From contig CANJPQ010000003.1 of the NCBI GenBank assembly GCA_947476275.1, forward strand, positions 69,189 through 133,188: 64,000 bases of DNA. The letters run 5' to 3'. Under the pieces are notes generated by a model. That model had not been told where the DNA came from. It was given only the letters and a program-made list of their open reading frames with translations, and made no database searches. Position 1 is the stretch's first letter; each line of letters starts with the position of its first letter. The stretch is from Fidelibacterota bacterium. Its GTDB lineage: Bacteria > Pseudomonadota > Alphaproteobacteria > Rhodospirillales > Rhodospirillaceae. The translations under genes and the position numbers were made by a program. This document shows positions 1-9,436 of this stretch, piece after piece.

Positions 1-868
1 CGGCTCGTTCGCGTTCGAGAGCTACGAAGACATGGTGGCTACCATGGTCGAGCTTGGGCCTTATGATTTTGTCACCCGCCGCGTCGGCCTCGACCCTTTC
101 AAAAGCCAGAATTCGGTCAAGGTCGGCTTTAAGGAGGCGATCAAGACCTTGGGGGATGTCACGACCTCTGGGCCGACTCTGCTGTCGGGCCTAAAGGACT
201 CCGTGAAGATGGCCGCCAACGCGAACTTCATGGAAGGCGTGAAGTGGTCGCTGCATCTCTCGACGGAAGGGCTGACCGAGCAGGCGGCCGAGGACGGGAT
301 GGATGTTGCCCGCAAGGTTTGCCTCAAGCGCGGGCGCGAGATCGCAAACTTTCTTCCGCGGGCCATGGCGGCGCGGGGATATTCCGTGCGCGGATTCCTG
401 GGCAAGGATGGCCAGCGCTGGGTGCCGACAAACTCGCTCTGGCCGCTGAGCCGCGCGGTGGAGATCGCGACTGCCGTGCAAAAGTTCTTCGCCGACCGCC
501 AAGCCGAGATGACGCGTCATGGCATGTGGGAATCCTACATGACCAACTACGGCACCGGCACTTTCATGTGCGAGCCGAGCATCTATTGGGTGGACGAAGT
601 GAGCGAGTTGCACCTGCGTCACCTTGGTGCGGATGAAGCGGTGAAATTCCGTACCCTTCCGCCCAATCCCACCGCCCGCGCCTATGCGCAACAGATTCGG
701 CGTGAGTTGCGGGACTTCTTCTTTGACTTGGGCGCCTTGCATGTGCAGGTCGCCAAATTCTATCGCTTCGAAGAGTCGCTCGATCCGCAATCGTGGCGTT
801 TGCTGAACGAAATGAAGGACGTGCTCGACCCGGATCGTCGGCTCAATCCAGGAAACTTGGGTCTCTAG
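1..868 (+). CDS. FAD-linked oxidase, C-terminal part (5' end outside window)
   Basis: The frame is open from base 2. It ends ...MKDVLDPDRRLNPGNLGL, the usual tail of GlcD/D-lactate-dehydrogenase-type FAD-linked oxidases. Confidence 0.65.
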   Translation, partial: GSFAFESYEDMVATMVELGPYDFVTRRVGLDPFKSQNSVKVGFKEAIKTLGDVTTSGPTLLSGLKDSVKMAANANFMEGVKWSLHLSTEGLTEQAAEDGMDVARKVCLKRGREIANFLPRAMAARGYSVRGFLGKDGQRWVPTNSLWPLSRAVEIATAVQKFFADRQAEMTRHGMWESYMTNYGTGTFMCEPSIYWVDEVSELHLRHLGADEAVKFRTLPPNPTARAYAQQIRRELRDFFFDLGALHVQVAKFYRFEESLDPQSWRLLNEMKDVLDPDRRLNPGNLGL

Positions 869-915
869 GCCGATTTGTTGTATGCCTTCGGGCACGCTTC
901 CGAAGGGGATAGGCC

Positions 916-1743
916 GTGATCCTTGAGATTGAGCATCGTCGCGAGATTTCGTCGCCACTGCTGCGCTATATGCGCAACGTGACGTCACAGTTCGGCGAAG
1001 ACGGGCTGCTTGAGCACATCATCGGCGTCATTAAGCCCGCTGAAAAATACTGCGTCGAGTTCGGCGCGTGGGACGGCGTGCTGCATTCCAACTGCAATAA
1101 TCTTCTCAAGAACCACGGCTGGGCCGGGCTGATGATCGAGGCCGATCCGGACAAGTTCACCAAGCTCATGGCAACGTATCGAGGCTTCCCCAACGTTTCC
1201 TACGCCAATCGCTTCGTCAACTTCACGGGAGAGGATTGCCTCGATCAGATTCTGAGAGAAGAGGAAGCGCCAAAGTCTTTTGGCGTGCTCTCGATCGATA
1301 TCGACGGAAACGATTACTACGTCTGGGATTCCTTGACGCAGTACACGCCTGAGGTCGTCGTGATCGAATTCAATCCCAGCATTCCGAACGACGTGGTGTT
1401 CGTTCAGGACAAGTCCTTCGAGGTAAATCAGGGATGCTCCCTGCTGGCGCTGTCCCGTCTTGGTCGGCAGAAGGGCTACGAACTCGCGGTCTGCACGGAG
1501 GGGAACGCGATCTTCGTGCGGCGCGACAAGTTCCCCCTGCTGGGCGTCAGCGACAACGATATTTGGGCGCTATACCGCCCGGATCAGGACGGCCGTATCT
1601 TCCACGGCTTCGACGGCACGTTCCACGTCGTCGGCGTGGATCGTCTGTTGTGGCATGAGAAGTTCGTCACGTCGGCTGATTTTCAAGTGCTGCCGAAGGA
1701 GCAGCGCCGCTTCAACGATTCCCATAAGCCGGCTGCCAAATAG
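916..1743 (+). CDS. FkbM-type methyltransferase-like protein
   Basis: GTG start. Contains the SQFGEDGLLEHI motif, VEFGAWDG...GLMIEADP (FkbM-like SAM-binding strand/loop), and SIDIDGNDYYVW...VVVIEFNP. Confidence 0.55.
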   Translation: MILEIEHRREISSPLLRYMRNVTSQFGEDGLLEHIIGVIKPAEKYCVEFGAWDGVLHSNCNNLLKNHGWAGLMIEADPDKFTKLMATYRGFPNVSYANRFVNFTGEDCLDQILREEEAPKSFGVLSIDIDGNDYYVWDSLTQYTPEVVVIEFNPSIPNDVVFVQDKSFEVNQGCSLLALSRLGRQKGYELAVCTEGNAIFVRRDKFPLLGVSDNDIWALYRPDQDGRIFHGFDGTFHVVGVDRLLWHEKFVTSADFQVLPKEQRRFNDSHKPAAK

Positions 1744-1773
1744 AAAACGCCGCGGTGTGTGCCGCGGCGTTTT
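1744..1773. terminator. bidirectional rho-independent terminator
   Basis: AAAA-ACGCCGCGG-tgtgtg-CCGCGGCGT-TTT. This is a perfect 9-bp GC stem flanked by an A-run and a T-run, lying between convergent genes. Confidence 0.65.
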
Positions 1774-1794
1774 CGTCTCGATAGCGAAGGTTTC

Positions 1795-3021
1795 TTAAGC
1801 GGTCTTGGTCGCGACCAAGGTCGGGAAGGTGAACGGCTTGCCAGCGCGCACCGGCGCGAAATCGCGGGCGGTAGTGAAGCCGACTTTGCGCATCTCCTCC
1901 GGGAAGTTCATGACCGACTGCTGTGGGATGAACGGTTCGCCGTTCATGCGGCTGCCGGCGTAGCTGCCTGCCGCGGCCACCACACCAGTGCCACGACGAC
2001 CGGCAGCGGTATCCTGCTCCTTCGGCGGCATGACGAAGTCGTACGGAATGAAAACGCCGCCCGGACGCAGGATGCGATGCGCTTCCGCGATGATCTTTCG
2101 CGAGGCTTCCTGGGTCACTTCATGGAACATGATGTAGGACGTGATGATGTCGAAGTGGTTGTCCGGGAACTTGGTGTCCTCGGCCAGCCGCTGGGCGAAG
2201 TGCACTTCGCTGTTCAACTTTGTGGCGCGCAGGTGCGAGTAGCGCACCATCGGGCCGCCCACGTCGATGCCCCACACTTCGGCCTGCGGGAAACGGTCCT
2301 TACAGGCCGTCGTCAGCTGGCCGATGCCGCAGCCGAGATCGAGCACGCGGGTGACCTTGCCGTCCGCCGGCAAGCGAAGTTCATTCGCCAACGACGCGTG
2401 GATTTCGTCGTGGTCGTTTTCTTCCTGATAAAAGTTCTTCGTGCCGGAGTGATAAATGTGACCCGCGAAGGCATCGCCAACGTAGCCGCCCGGCTGAATG
2501 TGGATCTCGTGCTTGGTGTACTCCGGCAGGCGCAGATCCGGATTGAGTTCGAGCGTGCCGGGGCCGGACTTGTCGGCCTTTTCCATTTCGCTCATGTAGT
2601 TATCGGCATTGCGGTGATAGTGCTCAACCAGCGTGTGCCAGGTGAGTTGCTGCGTGGTGACGCTCAGGCGCGAGGCCCAGGCATAGACCGGATCGCCGAG
2701 CATGAAGGCGTAAGCTTCGGGTGAGGACATTTCCTTGTCCTTCGCGACGCCTTTGGAGGCCAGGTAGGCCTCGGCGCGGGAGCGGGCGACGGGGCTCACA
2801 TTCCGGGCGACGTACTTGCGGAAACCGGTAAGAAAGGCCTGCGCGCTGTTCAGGTCCAAGTCTTCCGTGTGGATGTCATGGCGCTTGGCTTCCTTGTCCG
2901 TGCTGACATCGACCTTGATGTCCTTCACGGCCGTGGCGGCCTGGGTGACTTTGCTGGTGAGCGCGCCCACGGCGGCAGCGGCGGCGGCCGGAACGGCGAA
3001 GACGGTGCGGCGATTAAACAT
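1795..3021 (-). CDS. class I SAM-dependent methyltransferase with Tat-like N-terminus
   Basis: VLDLGCGIGQ (motif I), DIITSYIMFHEV and RILRPGGVF. The N-terminus MFNRRTVFAVPAAAAAAVGALTSKVTQAATA resembles a twin-arginine leader. Confidence 0.75.
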   Translation of the reverse strand: MFNRRTVFAVPAAAAAAVGALTSKVTQAATAVKDIKVDVSTDKEAKRHDIHTEDLDLNSAQAFLTGFRKYVARNVSPVARSRAEAYLASKGVAKDKEMSSPEAYAFMLGDPVYAWASRLSVTTQQLTWHTLVEHYHRNADNYMSEMEKADKSGPGTLELNPDLRLPEYTKHEIHIQPGGYVGDAFAGHIYHSGTKNFYQEENDHDEIHASLANELRLPADGKVTRVLDLGCGIGQLTTACKDRFPQAEVWGIDVGGPMVRYSHLRATKLNSEVHFAQRLAEDTKFPDNHFDIITSYIMFHEVTQEASRKIIAEAHRILRPGGVFIPYDFVMPPKEQDTAAGRRGTGVVAAAGSYAGSRMNGEPFIPQQSVMNFPEEMRKVGFTTARDFAPVRAGKPFTFPTLVATKTA

Positions 3022-3036
3022 GTGTGTGTCCTCGCC

Positions 3037-3342
3037 TTAAATGTTGCGGGTGAAGGTGGAGAAGACGCGCTTGATGTACGCGTCGCGCATCTCATCCTCC
3101 GCGGCTTCTTCGGCCTTCGTGGGGCGGTGCGCTTCCAGCTTGGCGCGATTGATGACGCCCTTTTCCTCAAGCATCTTCTCCAGCACCGCTTCGCGGCGCT
3201 TCGATGCCCAAAGTTCGGCACCCAGCGCGACCACGACAGTCATAAGATTGTCGATATGCGGGTTGCCGGTGATGACCTCTTTCTCGACGCCGCTTCTGAT
3301 CGGGTCGACGGTGTAGTCGGGACGCTTATTTGATTCAGGCAT
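3037..3342 (-). CDS. small hypothetical protein (101 aa), upstream partner of the methyltransferase
   Basis: ATG with a GGAGGAG Shine-Dalgarno about 7 nt upstream. Codons mostly end in G/C. There is a 15-nt gap to the next gene on the same strand. No family recognised. Confidence 0.65.
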   Translation of the reverse strand: MPESNKRPDYTVDPIRSGVEKEVITGNPHIDNLMTVVVALGAELWASKRREAVLEKMLEEKGVINRAKLEAHRPTKAEEAAEDEMRDAYIKRVFSTFTRNI

Positions 3343-3457
3343 GGGATGCTCCTCCGTAATGAGCGCAGTGTATCACCTTCGGTCCGGATTCGGGCGGCCT
3401 ATCGCGGGCAGAAGTGCGCTCTGCGGACAAAATTTTGTGCCGGGCAAGCCGGCCAAG

Positions 3458-4552
3458 TCATTGGCCCGGGAGGGGCCATGGCGCGTTGGTCCGCACGTAG
3501 AAAGCGTCTCCCCAGGCGGGATCGTAGGGGCTGGTCAGGGCAACCCGGCGAAAGCCTGAGGAGATCAGGAAATCTTCGATCTCCTCCACCTGGGCACAGC
3601 CCTGATAGATCTCGCCAAAGTTCACTTCCACGTTGATCGCGGCGATGTGATGAAGTGTCTGGGCCGCACCGTTTAGCACCATCAGCTCCGCGCCTTGGAC
3701 GTCGATATTGAGCAAGGTGCCGGGTACCGCGCGCAGCGCCAACTCCTCCAGCAAGAGGTCGAGGGGCTTGCCGGGAACCTCGACGCGCCCGGTCTCGAAA
3801 ATGCTGGGATAGTGATCGTTGAGGACAGGCCCCATCGGCAGCACGGAGCTGGCCTCGTCGCGCGAGGAGAGGTGCAGTGTCACCGGACCCGCGTGCTCCA
3901 CAACGGCGCAACATGCGATGGTGACGCCGGGCTTTCCGTCCAGGCGCGCGTGCAGACGTGCGAACGCCGCTGGGTTCGCTTCCACGAACAGCATCCTACC
4001 TATGCCCATGCCGGCGTACATCTCGTACTCGGCGCCGTCGTTGGCGCCGACATGTATCACCGCGGCCGGCGCGATGCGATGCGCACGGCAGAGGGCGGGG
4101 AGGTCGAGCATCTCCTTCTTGTGGCCACCGAAGAGCGGGACCAGCCGCCGGTGCAGCGCGACGAATCCGCCGGTCGTCTCCATCTCCATGCCTTTGGGAC
4201 GAATGAAGGCATAGTCGCTCAGGCTCGGCGTCATTTCGATTCTGGCTCGCAGTTCCGGCGCGACGCCGACGAAGGCGATCGCATCGATGCGGGCATAGCG
4301 GAGCAACTGCTCGACGGATTGCAGCGCGTCGAGGACTACCTCGCTGGTCAGTCGCAGCAACTGCAGGTGCCGGATGCCTTGCGCCGCCAGTTGGGACGCG
4401 ATTGAATCGGCCGTCGAGAGGTGGACATCCGCGGTTGGATGCGCATCGTGCGCCGTCGTGACCCATGACTCGCTATCCGCGCCGACGCTCACGGCAACGG
4501 CCTTCGGTCGCAAGAAACTCTTCGCAGCCCAGAGTTCGAAGGCTGCCGTCAC
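3458..4552 (-). CDS. FkbM family methyltransferase with N-terminal extension
   Basis: VIHVGANDGAEYEMY, MLFVEANP, LLNIDVQGAELMVL and INVEVNF match the FkbM pattern. Start set at GTG 4552, which overlaps the TGA of the upstream gene (GTGA). The 649-aa track ORF continues through the upstream gene in another frame and is not credible. Confidence 0.75.
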   Translation of the reverse strand: MTAAFELWAAKSFLRPKAVAVSVGADSESWVTTAHDAHPTADVHLSTADSIASQLAAQGIRHLQLLRLTSEVVLDALQSVEQLLRYARIDAIAFVGVAPELRARIEMTPSLSDYAFIRPKGMEMETTGGFVALHRRLVPLFGGHKKEMLDLPALCRAHRIAPAAVIHVGANDGAEYEMYAGMGIGRMLFVEANPAAFARLHARLDGKPGVTIACCAVVEHAGPVTLHLSSRDEASSVLPMGPVLNDHYPSIFETGRVEVPGKPLDLLLEELALRAVPGTLLNIDVQGAELMVLNGAAQTLHHIAAINVEVNFGEIYQGCAQVEEIEDFLISSGFRRVALTSPYDPAWGDAFYVRTNAPWPLPGQ

Positions 4553-5742
4553 GGTGAGGCGCCTGCGCGTTTGAAGGGGCCCAATTCCGTGAGGTTCTCC
4601 ATGTCTTCGGTCACGCTCTCCCGCTCCGCAACCAGATAGCGCGCGATGGCGTCCCGCAATCCGGGATCGGCGATCCAGTGGGCGGAGTAGGTGGCCCGCG
4701 GCAGGTAGCCGCGCTGGATCTTGTGCTGCCCTTGCGCGCCGGCCTCCACCCACGCCAGTTTGTTGGCGATGGCGTAGTCGATCGCGCGATAGTAGCAGAC
4801 CTCGAAGTGCAGCATGGGGACGTCGACGATGGTGCCCCAGTTGCGGCCGTAGAGCGTGTCGTGGCTTCTGAAATTGATCGCGCCACAGACCCAACGCGTG
4901 CCCTGACGGCCCATCATCAGCACCACCGACTCTCCCATGCGTTCGCCGAGCAGATCGAAGAAGCTGCGTTCGAGATAGGCCTGTCCCCATTTCCGGTCGG
5001 AGGTGCTCATGTAGAACTGGAAAAAGGCGTCCCAGTGTTCGCTCGTGATCTCCTTGCCGCTCAGGGTCAGGATCTCGATGCCGGCCGAATTGGCGACTTC
5101 GCGTTCCTTGCGGATATTCTTGCGCTTGCGCGACGAGAGGGCTGCGAGGAAATCGTCGAAGGTTCCGTAACCGTCGTTGCGCCAGTGATACTGCTGACCG
5201 ATCCGCGCCAGGAGCCCGGCATCGTCCATGACGGCGGCCTCCGCATCGGTCGGAAAGGTCACATGGAGTGAGGACACTTTGAGTTGGCGCGCCAGTTCCA
5301 CCATGCCGGCCAAGAGGGTGCGCTGGAGGTTGGTCCGCTGCGCCTCCGGCAAGGTGGGCCGCACCATCAGGCGCGGTCCCGTCACGGGCGTGAACGGCAC
5401 CGCGCATTGAAGCTTGGGATAGTAGCGCCCACCGGCGCGCTGGTAGGCCTCAGCCCAACTAAAGTCGAAGACATACTCGCCGTAGGAATGGCTCTTCAGG
5501 TAGATCGGTGCGACACCGAGGAGCGATTTGTCCGGTCCGTAAAGCAACAGGTGCTGGGCTTTCCAGCCAGCCATGTTGCTGACGGACTTCGAATCCTCCA
5601 GGGCGCTGAAGAAGGCGTGACGCACGAAGGGATTGATGGTCTCCGGCGTCGCCGACGCGCACGCATCCCACTCCGCCGCCGGTATCTGATCGACCCCGCC
5701 GGCAACCTTCAACGTCAGTTCGTCCTCGTCCGAACCGGTCAT
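4549..5742 (-). CDS. GNAT-fold acyltransferase, DUF482/FemAB-like family
   Basis: IPAAEWDACA...NPFVRHAFFSALEDS...GWKAQHLLLY and a length of about 400 aa are typical of the family. ATGA overlap with ridA. Confidence 0.8.
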   Translation of the reverse strand: MTGSDEDELTLKVAGGVDQIPAAEWDACASATPETINPFVRHAFFSALEDSKSVSNMAGWKAQHLLLYGPDKSLLGVAPIYLKSHSYGEYVFDFSWAEAYQRAGGRYYPKLQCAVPFTPVTGPRLMVRPTLPEAQRTNLQRTLLAGMVELARQLKVSSLHVTFPTDAEAAVMDDAGLLARIGQQYHWRNDGYGTFDDFLAALSSRKRKNIRKEREVANSAGIEILTLSGKEITSEHWDAFFQFYMSTSDRKWGQAYLERSFFDLLGERMGESVVLMMGRQGTRWVCGAINFRSHDTLYGRNWGTIVDVPMLHFEVCYYRAIDYAIANKLAWVEAGAQGQHKIQRGYLPRATYSAHWIADPGLRDAIARYLVAERESVTEDMENLTELGPFKRAGASP

Positions 5743-6206
5743 GCGACTTCGAACACGGCCTCAACCTCGACCGACGCACCGCGCGGTAAGGCAGGCGCGC
5801 CGACCGCGGCGCGGGAATGGCGGCCGGCGTCCCCGAACACCTGCACCATCACGTCGGAGGCGCCGTTGATCACCTGGGGATGCTCCGTGAATGTCGCGGT
5901 GCAGGCAACGAACCCAGTGAGTTTGACCACCCGCGTCACCCGGTCCAGGTCGCCGTCACAGGCGTTTCGGACCTGGGCGATCAGGTTCAGGGCGCACAGC
6001 TTCGCGGCCCCATATGCCTGCTCTGTGGTCAGGTCTTTGCCGACGATTCCGGTTTGGGCGACGGTGCCGTTCTCCAAGGGAAGCTGACCGGAGACGAACA
6101 CCAGCGCGCCGGTCCGGACCCAGGGCACATAGTTAGCCACGGGCGTGGACGCGGTCGGAACCGAAAGCCCGAGGGATTTGAGATGCTGCTCGATCTGGCC
6201 AGCCAT
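5739..6206 (-). CDS. ridA: RidA/YjgF family protein
   Basis: LVFVSGQLP... and ...GAPALPRGASVEVEAVFEV; 155 aa. Confidence 0.85.
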   Translation of the reverse strand: MAGQIEQHLKSLGLSVPTASTPVANYVPWVRTGALVFVSGQLPLENGTVAQTGIVGKDLTTEQAYGAAKLCALNLIAQVRNACDGDLDRVTRVVKLTGFVACTATFTEHPQVINGASDVMVQVFGDAGRHSRAAVGAPALPRGASVEVEAVFEVA

Positions 6207-6306
6207 AACGCTCCTCTGCGTTGCAATATTGCATAAGCCCGCACTTTCGCGAGGCTTCCGGTGTGTGCTACTTAGCGCCCCTCACCATACCAGGGACGGA
6301 TCGCCT

Positions 6307-7557
6307 GTGGAGAACCTCTCGCTTCCGAAGAGCCGGATCAAGATCCTGCTGCTGGAAAATGTCCACAAAAGTGCCGTCGAGCTGTTCAAGCGCAACGGGT
6401 ACACGAATATCGAGTCCGTCGCCGGAGCGATCGACGCGGAAGAGCTCATTTCCAAGCTGAAGAATGTCCACATTCTCGGCATCCGTTCGCGCACCAAGTT
6501 GACCAAAGAGATTTTGAGTGCGGCGCCGAAGCTGCTCACGGTCGGCTGCTTTTGCATCGGCACCAATCAGGTTGACCTGAAGTGCGCCAAGAAGCTGGGA
6601 ATTCCGGTGTTCAACGCACCGTATTCCAACACCCGCTCGGTCGCCGAATTGGTGCTGGCGGAAATCATCATGCTGTTCCGCGGCGTTCCGCAGCGCTCCT
6701 GGGGCGCCCACGAAGGCGAGTGGGACAAGAGCGTCAAGGGCGCGCGCGAGATCCGCGGCAAGACGCTGGGCATCGTCGGCTACGGCCACATCGGCACGCA
6801 GCTGTCGATCATCGCTGAGGCCATGGGCATGCAGGTGCGTTTCTTCGACGTGGTGGAGAAGCTGGCGCTCGGCAACGCGCGTTCCACAGGATCGCTCGAC
6901 GAACTGCTGTCGGTGTCCGACGTGGTCACGCTGCATGTGCCGGAGACGTCGCAGACCAAGAACATGATGACGGCGGCGAAGTTCAAGAAGATGAAGAAGG
7001 GATCGTTCTTCATCAACGCGGCGCGCGGCACGGTGGTGGAAATCGACAGCCTCGCGGACGCCGTGAAGAGCGGCCATATCGCCGGCGCGGCGGTGGACGT
7101 GTTCCCGAAAGAACCGGCGGACGCCAACGAGAAATTCAAGAGCGCCCTGCAGGGCCTTCGCAACGTGATCCTGACGCCGCACATCGGCGGGTCGACGGAA
7201 GAGGCGCAAGCCAATATCGGCGGCGAAGTGGCCGAGAAGCTGGTGAAGTACTCCGACAACGGCTCCACCCTGGGCGCGGTGAACTTCCCGGAAGTGCAAC
7301 TGCCGCCGCAGGAAGATGCCACCCGCTTCATGCACATCCACCGGGATACCCCCGGCGTGTTGTCGAAGATCGCCGAAGTGTTCTCGCGCCGGAAGATCAA
7401 CATTGCCGGCCAGTTCCTGCGGACCGATGGCGACATCGGCTACGTGGTGACCGACGTGATCGGCCGGGTCGAAGCCGGGATGGGCATCCGCAAAGATCTT
7501 CAAGCCATCGACGGCACAGTGCGGACGCGCTTCCTCTATGAGGCGCCGCACAGCTAG
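6307..7557 (+). CDS. serA: D-3-phosphoglycerate dehydrogenase
   Basis: Collinear with E. coli SerA as I recall it (IKILLLENVH..., CFCIGTNQVDL, GIVGYGHIGTQ, TPHIGGST, YSDNGSTLGAVNFPEV, C-terminal ACT region). Start trimmed to GTG 6307 (VENLSLPKSRIKILL). Confidence 0.95.
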   Translation: MENLSLPKSRIKILLLENVHKSAVELFKRNGYTNIESVAGAIDAEELISKLKNVHILGIRSRTKLTKEILSAAPKLLTVGCFCIGTNQVDLKCAKKLGIPVFNAPYSNTRSVAELVLAEIIMLFRGVPQRSWGAHEGEWDKSVKGAREIRGKTLGIVGYGHIGTQLSIIAEAMGMQVRFFDVVEKLALGNARSTGSLDELLSVSDVVTLHVPETSQTKNMMTAAKFKKMKKGSFFINAARGTVVEIDSLADAVKSGHIAGAAVDVFPKEPADANEKFKSALQGLRNVILTPHIGGSTEEAQANIGGEVAEKLVKYSDNGSTLGAVNFPEVQLPPQEDATRFMHIHRDTPGVLSKIAEVFSRRKINIAGQFLRTDGDIGYVVTDVIGRVEAGMGIRKDLQAIDGTVRTRFLYEAPHS

Positions 7558-7560
7558 GTC

Positions 7561-8499
7561 ATGGCGTCGGTCCTTTCCATTTCCAATCTGACGAAGACCT
7601 ACGCCTCCGGTTTGCAGGCGTTGAAATCCGTCAGTCTGGAAATCCAGAAGGGTGAGATCTTCGCGCTGCTCGGCCCGAACGGCGCGGGCAAGACCACGCT
7701 TATCAATATCGTCTGCGGCATCGTCACGCCGAGCACCGGAACGGTGACGGCGGCCGGCCATGACATTCAGCGCGACTACCGCGCGGCGCGCATGAAGATT
7801 GGCCTGGTGCCCCAGGAACTTCACGTCGACATGTTCGAGAAGGTGATCGCGACGGTCACGTACTCCCGCGGTCTGTTCGGAAAGCCTGCCAATCCGGCTC
7901 ATATTGAAAAGGTGCTCCGCGATTTGTCCCTGTGGGACAAGCGCAACGACAAGCTCATGACGCTGTCCGGCGGGATGAAACGCCGCGTCATGATTGCCAA
8001 GGCGCTGTCGCATGAGCCCGAGATCCTGTTCCTGGACGAGCCCACCGCCGGCGTGGACGTTGAACTGCGTCGCGACATGTGGACCTTGGTGCGCAATCTG
8101 CGGGAGCAGGGCGTGACCATCATCCTCACCACGCATTACATCGACGAAGCGGAGGAGATGGCGGACCGCATCGGCGTCATCACTCGCGGCGAATTGATCC
8201 TGACCGAGGACAAGACCACCCTGCTGCAAAAGCTCGGCCGCAAGCAGTTGATCCTGCAACTGCAAGAGCCGATGAATGCGGTGCCGGCGGAACTGGCGGA
8301 GTGGAGGCTCGCCTTGCGCGCCGGCGGCAACGAACTCGAATACACCTTCGACGCCAAATCGGAGCAGCACGGTATCTCGTCGCTGCTGCGGCGCATGGGC
8401 GATCTCGGCATCGGCTACAAAGACCTTCACACGGATCAGAGTTCGCTTGAGGATATCTTCGTCGATCTGGTGCATGACAAGGGCGGGGCCGCGCGATGA
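7561..8499 (+). CDS. ABC transporter ATP-binding protein (ABC-2 exporter type, YadG-like)
   Basis: Walker [10 protein letters not shown], signature LSGGMKRR, Walker [11 protein letters not shown]. Confidence 0.9.
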   Translation: MASVLSISNLTKTYASGLQALKSVSLEIQKGEIFALLGPNGAGKTTLINIVCGIVTPSTGTVTAAGHDIQRDYRAARMKIGLVPQELHVDMFEKVIATVTYSRGLFGKPANPAHIEKVLRDLSLWDKRNDKLMTLSGGMKRRVMIAKALSHEPEILFLDEPTAGVDVELRRDMWTLVRNLREQGVTIILTTHYIDEAEEMADRIGVITRGELILTEDKTTLLQKLGRKQLILQLQEPMNAVPAELAEWRLALRAGGNELEYTFDAKSEQHGISSLLRRMGDLGIGYKDLHTDQSSLEDIFVDLVHDKGGAAR

Positions 8500-9257
8500 A
8501 CCATCACGCGATCTGGTCGATCTACTACTTCGAGATGCACCGCTTCCTGCGGACGGCGTTCCAGAGCATCGCCACGCCGGTGATCACCACGTCGCTGTAC
8601 TTCGTGGTGTTCGGTGCGGCCATCGGCTCGCGCATGAGCGACGTGGGCGGCGTGAGCTACGGCGCGTTCATCGTGCCGGGGTTGATTATGCTGTCGCTGT
8701 TTTCGGAGAGCATCAACAACGGGTCCTTCGGGATTCATATCCAGAAGTTCACCGGCACAGTCTACGAGTTGTTGTCGGCGCCGGTCTCGGCGATGGAGCT
8801 TGTGGTCGGGTTCACCGGCGCGTCGGCGACGAAATCCATCATGATCGGCGTTGTGACCTTGCTGACCGCGTCGCTGTTCGTGCCGCTGCAGGTGCTGCAC
8901 CCGTGGTGGATGGTCGCCTTCCTGGTACTGACGTCCGTGTCGTTCAGTCTGTTCGGATTCATCCTCGGCATCTGGGCGAAGGGCTGGGAACAGCTGTCGA
9001 TCATCCCGATGCTGGTCGTCACGCCGCTCACGTTCCTGGGCGGCGCGTTCTATTCCATCGACATGCTGCCGCCGACCTGGCGCACCATCACGTTGTTTAA
9101 TCCGGTCGTGTACCTGATCAGCGGGTTCCGCTGGAGCTTCTACGGCACCTCCGACGTGGGCGTAGAGATCAGCCTCGCCATGACGCTGGTTTTCCTTGGC
9201 ATTTGCCTCGCGACGGTGGCGTGGATCTTCAAGACCGGCTACCGGCTGAAGAACTGA
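8496..9257 (+). CDS. ABC-2 type transporter permease (YadH-like)
   Basis: 4-nt overlap with the ATPase gene. Six predicted hydrophobic segments; 253 aa. Confidence 0.85.
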   Translation: MNHHAIWSIYYFEMHRFLRTAFQSIATPVITTSLYFVVFGAAIGSRMSDVGGVSYGAFIVPGLIMLSLFSESINNGSFGIHIQKFTGTVYELLSAPVSAMELVVGFTGASATKSIMIGVVTLLTASLFVPLQVLHPWWMVAFLVLTSVSFSLFGFILGIWAKGWEQLSIIPMLVVTPLTFLGGAFYSIDMLPPTWRTITLFNPVVYLISGFRWSFYGTSDVGVEISLAMTLVFLGICLATVAWIFKTGYRLKN

Positions 9258-9436
9258 ACTCCGCACCGTCGGGCCACCCAGCTCCCGCGTAAATACGCGG
9301 GAAATACGCGGGGACGCCCGCTGGATGAGGGTGCTGCACATAGCCCAAGCTTCTTCGGACCGTTAGAACAAAAAGAGAACATACCGCTCAGTCGGACGCG
9401 CGTCGACTCTCGCGGTCTGTGCAGCGACGCGTCGCC

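Noticed and set aside
4553-5407. N-terminal 285 residues of the 649-aa track ORF 3458-5407
   Set aside because: This part lies out of frame inside the DUF482 gene and is Arg/Gly/His-rich. A GTG at 4552 forming a GTGA overlap gives a sensible FkbM protein.
6268-8475. 735-aa minus-strand ORF spanning serA and the ABC ATPase gene
   Set aside because: It is antisense to two well-supported genes and has Arg/His/Gly/Leu-rich composition typical of shadow ORFs in high-GC DNA. No recognisable motifs.
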